Origin: Terriglobia bacterium
GTDB lineage: Bacteria > Acidobacteriota > Terriglobia > Acidiferrales > UBA7541
Length of the DNA stretch: 64,000 nucleotides
Direction of reading: 5' to 3'
Assembly: GCA_963695545.1 (NCBI GenBank)
Contig: OY968796.1
Coordinates: 1,728,001 to 1,792,000, forward strand
Each line of letters opens with the position of its first letter. Position 1 is the first letter of the stretch. A program made the position numbers and the translations under genes. Shown piece after piece: positions 58,997 through 64,000 of the stretch. The notes below the pieces were generated by a model. It was not told the DNA's origin. It made no database searches and worked only from the letters and a program-made list of their open reading frames with translations.

Positions 58997-60331
58997 TCAT
59001 CTGACTAAACTCGCCTGCCTAACCCCGTGGTCCCCGGAATTCCGTTGCCGCCCCGATGCGCGGGAGCGCGCGCGCGCGTTCTTGGTCCGGCTGAAGCCGC
59101 TGCCTTGCGCGTTCGGGGCGCCTTCTCGCTGCTGTGCTTCCTGCTCCGATTCGCCGCGCGCCGCTGAGCCAAAATTCTTCTTGAGGACCAAGGCGACGGT
59201 GCCGCGCAGACGGGCCATACTGGGATCGGAAGCGGGTCTGACGCGCGGCGGCTTTCCAACCAGAACGGCCGCAGCGACTTCCTTTTCGATCACCGGGCCG
59301 AGGCGCCTCCACAGGCGCGTGAATTCGCCGACGACCACAATCTCTTCCGGCGCCAATCCCGCAACGATCATGCGCATGCCGCGACCGATCGCGCGCGCCA
59401 TGGTATCGAGGGCCTTGAGCGCGAAGGCATCGCCGCCTTCCGCCAGCGCAAGCAAATCCTGAAAGCTGAAGTCCGCGGACGCGGATGCCGTGCTCGATTC
59501 GTGGTAATAGCGTACGGCGGCGCGCTGAGATGCGTAGACTTCCCAGCAGCCTCGGCCGCCGCAGGTGCAAAGCGGACCATTGGGATCAAGCGGCACGTGG
59601 CCGAATTCGCCCGACATCCCATTTAGGCCGCGCGCCAACTGTCCGTTCGTAAAGACGCCTGTGCCGACGCCTTCAGAGATCGTGACCACCACGAGGTCGC
59701 GGACGCTTTCGGCCTGGCCAAACCAGGCCTCCGCAAGAACGCACGCATTGGCGGCGTTTTCGAGTTCGACGCTCATTCCGGTGGCGCTTTCGATCGCGCC
59801 CTTGAAATCGAAAGCTCGCCACTTCAAGTTCGGAGCAAAAACGACGCGTTGCGTGGCTTCGTCGAATCGGCCTGGCAAGCTGATCCCGATGCCCTCGAAG
59901 ACCACACCGGGGTGCGCCTTCGCCAAACGAACAATCCTGCTCGAGAGATTTGCGGCCATAGCGCGCGGATCGGGCGCGGTCGGCAGCGTCTCGCGCGACA
60001 GAAAACGGCCATTGACGTCGGCCAAGGCCAGGGTGGTGGTGGCCGGGCGAAGGTCCACGATGACGATTGCCCGCTGATCATTCAATCGCAGGAACGTGGG
60101 CCGCCTTCCGCGCGGCAGACGTCCAGTGGGGCCGTAAACGACCCAACGTTCCTGGATGAGCTGCTCGGTGATCAGTGACACAGTGCTGCGCTGCAATCCG
60201 GTGATGCGCGCGATCTCGGCGCGGGAAATCGGCTGGCGCCGGCGAACCAAATTGAGCACGACGCCGCGATTGATATCGCGAGCGGTTTCGCTCGATGCCA
60301 CTTGCGTGTTGGTGAAATCAAGTCGCCGCAT
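58997..60331 (-). CDS. ROK-family repressor (XylR/NagC-like)
   Basis: ISRAEIARITGL HTH, GRRP, ENAANA, GEFGH..CTCGGRGCWE. Confidence 0.92.
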   Translation of the reverse strand: MRRLDFTNTQVASSETARDINRGVVLNLVRRRQPISRAEIARITGLQRSTVSLITEQLIQERWVVYGPTGRLPRGRRPTFLRLNDQRAIVIVDLRPATTTLALADVNGRFLSRETLPTAPDPRAMAANLSSRIVRLAKAHPGVVFEGIGISLPGRFDEATQRVVFAPNLKWRAFDFKGAIESATGMSVELENAANACVLAEAWFGQAESVRDLVVVTISEGVGTGVFTNGQLARGLNGMSGEFGHVPLDPNGPLCTCGGRGCWEVYASQRAAVRYYHESSTASASADFSFQDLLALAEGGDAFALKALDTMARAIGRGMRMIVAGLAPEEIVVVGEFTRLWRRLGPVIEKEVAAAVLVGKPPRVRPASDPSMARLRGTVALVLKKNFGSAARGESEQEAQQREGAPNAQGSGFSRTKNARARSRASGRQRNSGDHGVRQASLVR

Positions 60332-60462
60332 TTAATTCGCCACGAGAACTAAATCCTGGGGCCCGTTCGGGCGCCGTAAATCGCGTTCAAAAAAATTCAC
60401 CGCAGGGCCGAAAAACTTTGTTGCATCGCCGTCAAAACTTTTTCTGCGCACAACAATAAAAA

Positions 60463-60483
60463 CCCTTTACGTGTACGTGCACG
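60463..60483. promoter_or_regulatory. Shared operator-like motif, copy 1
   Basis: CCCTTTACGTGTACGTGCACG, identical at 63928-63948. Confidence 0.75.
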
Positions 60484-60524
60484 AGCGCGAGTTTGGAGCT
60501 GACGGCACACCCTTAAATTCGTGT

Positions 60525-60557
60525 TGCGAACTATATTCGCATTTCAGCGGTTGTCAA
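60525..60557 (-). promoter_or_regulatory. sigma70 promoter of ROK/TBDT operon with dyad over -10
   Basis: Minus-strand TTGACA-16 bp-TATAGT; TGCGAA-N5-TTCGCA at 60525-60541. Confidence 0.6.
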
Positions 60558-61328
60558 GCATATATTTCCCGGAACGGGCCTCAGAAGGTTACCCGCTGCC
60601 TATCCCGGCATTCCGTAATCATCTGGTGCGAAAAACCGGTGGAGCGCACCCGATGGAGCAAATTTCCAGTCACGGACCGGATACTCTTCAATCGAACGCC
60701 GCGGGCTGGGTTCATGCCCGGAGCAAGGTGCGCGTAGAGGAGCCAATCAGCATTGGCTTAACACCCCTCCCATTTTCCATATTGGCTGGCGTGTCGCGCA
60801 CGCATCAGGGCTTGGTGCTCGTCGGGGCCGCCGGGATCCCCTCTGACCCTATCGGCGGCGCAGATCGCGCCGTTGGCTCCAGCGGGCTGCCCCAAAGCCG
60901 CCTGACCAATATGCAGACGGACGCCCAACCGGGCGATGATCTTGGATTGGCGCGATTGCTTCCCACGTCCGATGATGGAAGGACGCACTGCGCCTGACGG
61001 GAGCGGGCGCGTTCTTAAAACGCGCAACGGCGAAGTGGCAGATATGTTGAACAAACGAAGCCAGTTCGGCCAAGTTGTGGAACTTATGAATTTGAGTCCT
61101 GCCACACTTCGAATTATTGTGCTCTATTGACGCTAAGGAACACGCTCGAGCCATGGTCGGAACGCGGGGCGTCGCTCGAGACCGCGCCTTCCGGTTTTCC
61201 ATAGCTCGCAGAGGCTTCGAAATACGCGTTGTGGTATTTCACGCGAGTTCCGTATTGGGACAAGTTGTCGGGGGGTACCACGCGGAATTCTGAGGTACGC
61301 CTCAGCAAGTACTCGATCGCGCGAGTGG

Positions 61329-63857
61329 CTATGGCTCTCGAGGAAAAATCTCGACGTAATCCAGCGGCGCGAGTTCCTGGCCGTCGGGAGTGCCTTCGAT
61401 CCGAATTTCGTCGCCGGGACGAAGCGCGAGGCCGGGAATGCGGCGCCGCGTGGAAGAATCCGCGTTGGGCTTGAGCGCGGGCAGATGCTCGTCCGCGAGC
61501 CATGTGTCCACGGTCTGATGGTTCACTGAGACGCGGAATTTAGATGCGCCGTTGGCTTGATCGAAATATTCAACGTCCAATTCGTACCAGCCGGGAGTGC
61601 CACTGAAGCGAAATTCCGCGACGCACGTCTTGGCTGGCGCGGCGCACTCCACCGCTCTTCCTCCGGAAGCCGCTTCGGGCGGCGTGACGTCGAATGGGAC
61701 GTAGCCATCGAGCTGCATCGATTCCGCTTCGATCCGATTGGGATAATGGCCGACGCGTCCGCGCGCGTCGGGTATTCCCGACTTCGCGAGGAACCAATTG
61801 CTAATCGCATCGCGCCAAACAATGGCGTGGCCGGCCTGGTATTCGAGGCGGGCGAGCACGGCCGCGTAGCGATCGTCGTCGACGCGGCCAGTGAGCGTCT
61901 TCCATTGCGAGACGAACGCCGCGGCGGCTGAGGCGCCGTCGTAATGCGAATCGTAAACGTGCTGGATCACCGTTTTCCCCGAGTGCAACACGTACGTGTA
62001 CGGCACGTGGTGAAAAAACAGGAGCAGGTTATCCGGGCAATCGGCGAGGGGTTCATACTTTTTTTGGACCGCGAGCGAATATTGGCCGATGAAGCCCGTG
62101 CCGGTAGCCATGGTGCGATCCATACCGATGCCTTGGTGATCCGCGCGAAGCCACTGGCCCCAGCCGTTGTTCTCCGCGGATTCGGGCGCGGGCCCATAAT
62201 GGGCGCCGAGAATGTTCGTGAGCGTACCGAGGCCGAGCGGTCCGGTATAGCCTTCGTAGACGCGCCAGGAACCGAGTTGCATTGCGGCGATCGTGCGCAC
62301 AACGAGCGGATCGTTGCCGAATGTGAGACGCGTCCATTCGTCGGCGATTGCGTTCGCGCTGAGATTCGGGTTCCAGGCCAGGCGGCCAAATCCGTATAAA
62401 TTCGCCATCGCAAGAACATAACCATCCCACGTTGGATCGAGACCGACATTCGAGACGCCGACGAATCCGCCCGTAGGTTGGCCAAATACTTTTCCAGACA
62501 CCAAAGCTTTGACCAGCGTGGCTTCCGCTCCGTCGGCACGCAGATCGAAATCCAGCACTTCCTTCCACATCGGAACCAGAAAACACAGGTGGCGTTCTTG
62601 GCCGGTATATTCCTGAACGATTTGGAGCTCGATCGCTTCGTTCGTCGTCTTCAATCCGCCGAACAGCGGGGAAACTGGCTCGCGCACCTGGAAATCGATG
62701 GGGCCGTTCTTGATTTGGACGATCACGTTGTCGTCGAACTGGCCGTCGAGCGGATGGAAAATATCGTAAGCGGCGCGGGCGCGATCGTTTTTCAGGTTGG
62801 TCCAATCGAGGTGATGATCGTAAACGAACGCGCGATAGAACAGGACGCCGCCGTGCGGTTTGAGCGCGCGGGCGATCACGTTGGCGGCGTCCGCGGGAGT
62901 GCGCCCGTATGCGGAGGGGCCGGGGCGGCCCTCGGAATCCGCTTTTACGACGAAGCCGCCGAAGTCGGGAATGAGTTTGTAGATCTGATCGGTTTTTGCG
63001 CGCCAAAATTCGGCGACCTTCGGATCGAGCGGGTCGAAGGTATCCAGACCGCCGACAACTTTGGGGCTGCTCACGTCGACGGAGATCGCAAGCTGCACAC
63101 CCCAGCGGCGGAATACGTCCGCGATGCGCGCGAGTTGCGGAAGGAAATCGTCGTGCAAGACGAGCGGGTTTGCGTTGACGTTGTTGACGGCGCAGCCGTT
63201 GATGCCGACCGAAGCGAGCAGGCGCGCGTATTCGTCAACGCGCGTGAGATCGGTTTGGACTGCGCCATTGTCGAAAAAAATCGAGCGGCCGCCGAAACCG
63301 TGCTCGATCGTGCCATTGAGATTGTCCCATTCGTTGACCCAACGCAGGGGGACGGCGGGCTGCTGAAGATCGTTGAGCGCCGAAACATTTTCGTTCTGCG
63401 CGATTTTGCTGAGGAAAGCGAACACGCCGTAGAGGACGCCGCGCTCGTCCGCGCCGGCGATGATCGTGCAGGCAAATCCGTGGACGCGGCCGATGGTGAG
63501 CAGGAAGCCGTCGCCGGTGAGTTTGGCGTTGAGCGCGAGCACGGGAGCGGCGGCGCGAATATCGGCGATCGTTCCGAGAACGAAAGCGTTTTCGGTGGGC
63601 CCGCCATTTTCGGCGCGGAGAGTTCTTCCGAGCATTCCCTTTACTCCTCGAATCAATTCGGTTTGCGCCGTGGCGAGCAGTGGGGAATCGCCGAGCACGG
63701 TCACTGTGGCGGGTAGCGAGTCGTATTTCGCGGCGTCGGTTGGGGCGAGCGGGGCGTAGCGGAGCCAGGCGTCTTCGCCTGTCTCGGCGTGCAGGCGCTG
63801 AACTACGCAGGCGAGAAGCAGGACTCCCAGAAATGTTATCTGGAGAAGGCGTTTCAA
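61329..63857 (-). CDS. aguA: Alpha-glucuronidase (GH67) with C-terminal beta-sandwich
   Basis: EWDNLNG, NNVNA, VKADSEG, KNGPIDFQVREP, QEYTGQ; signal peptide. Confidence 0.93.
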   Translation of the reverse strand: MKRLLQITFLGVLLLACVVQRLHAETGEDAWLRYAPLAPTDAAKYDSLPATVTVLGDSPLLATAQTELIRGVKGMLGRTLRAENGGPTENAFVLGTIADIRAAAPVLALNAKLTGDGFLLTIGRVHGFACTIIAGADERGVLYGVFAFLSKIAQNENVSALNDLQQPAVPLRWVNEWDNLNGTIEHGFGGRSIFFDNGAVQTDLTRVDEYARLLASVGINGCAVNNVNANPLVLHDDFLPQLARIADVFRRWGVQLAISVDVSSPKVVGGLDTFDPLDPKVAEFWRAKTDQIYKLIPDFGGFVVKADSEGRPGPSAYGRTPADAANVIARALKPHGGVLFYRAFVYDHHLDWTNLKNDRARAAYDIFHPLDGQFDDNVIVQIKNGPIDFQVREPVSPLFGGLKTTNEAIELQIVQEYTGQERHLCFLVPMWKEVLDFDLRADGAEATLVKALVSGKVFGQPTGGFVGVSNVGLDPTWDGYVLAMANLYGFGRLAWNPNLSANAIADEWTRLTFGNDPLVVRTIAAMQLGSWRVYEGYTGPLGLGTLTNILGAHYGPAPESAENNGWGQWLRADHQGIGMDRTMATGTGFIGQYSLAVQKKYEPLADCPDNLLLFFHHVPYTYVLHSGKTVIQHVYDSHYDGASAAAAFVSQWKTLTGRVDDDRYAAVLARLEYQAGHAIVWRDAISNWFLAKSGIPDARGRVGHYPNRIEAESMQLDGYVPFDVTPPEAASGGRAVECAAPAKTCVAEFRFSGTPGWYELDVEYFDQANGASKFRVSVNHQTVDTWLADEHLPALKPNADSSTRRRIPGLALRPGDEIRIEGTPDGQELAPLDYVEIFPREP

Positions 63858-63927
63858 GAATTCACTCCGAGCCTGAGAAGAGGTGTTGCGGCGCTTCTCA
63901 TACCACCCTCGCGCTCAATAATCAAAC

Positions 63928-63948
63928 CCCTTTACGTGTACGTGCACG
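63928..63948. promoter_or_regulatory. Shared operator-like motif, copy 2
   Basis: Identical to 60463-60483; just downstream of a minus-strand TACTAT -10 (63955-63960). Confidence 0.75.
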
Positions 63949-64000
63949 GAGCCTATAGTACGGCGGGTTCGCTCGCCAGCGGAGCGTTTGATTCGTAGGA

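Noticed and set aside
60521..61202. ORFs of 115-158 aa in the ROK-aguA gap
   Set aside because: Overlap promoter elements, no domain signature or RBS.

Overview
GC-rich bacterial chromosome segment, most likely Acidobacteriota (inferred from the Oar-like TonB receptor, the PilZ-like protein, the DUF4382/DUF5666-type lipoprotein and the repeat style). Mostly housekeeping and envelope genes: lptD, ccdA-tlpA, dNK, HU, pncB-pncA, kbl/bioF, ECF sigma/anti-sigma, der, MerR, tRNA-Pro, surE, GDE, M14 and M20 peptidases. Three accessory blocks stand out. (1) A three-gene split LigD cluster without Ku, plus an unannotated 44-aa basic protein, next to the 3' end of tRNA-Ser. (2) A repeat-rich zone at 40.8-45.2 kb with duplicated small secreted proteins, a HicB-like pseudogene and a putative type II restriction-modification pair. 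(3) A sugar-utilisation locus at 45-64 kb: SSS transporter, PdxA2, DUF1537 kinase, Tat-exported six-hairpin glycosidase, IclR, AKR, TonB receptor, ROK repressor and GH67. The most unusual signal is a pair of related non-coding-looking elements (2.83-3.24 kb and 44.88-45.12 kb). Each has a near-consensus sigma70 promoter, an ATG at the predicted +1, degenerate AT-rich repeats and a G-rich end, and each lies beside an identical 26-bp GTAG palindrome. No CRISPR array, rRNA, integrase or transposase was seen. All functional calls come from motif recognition, not database searches.
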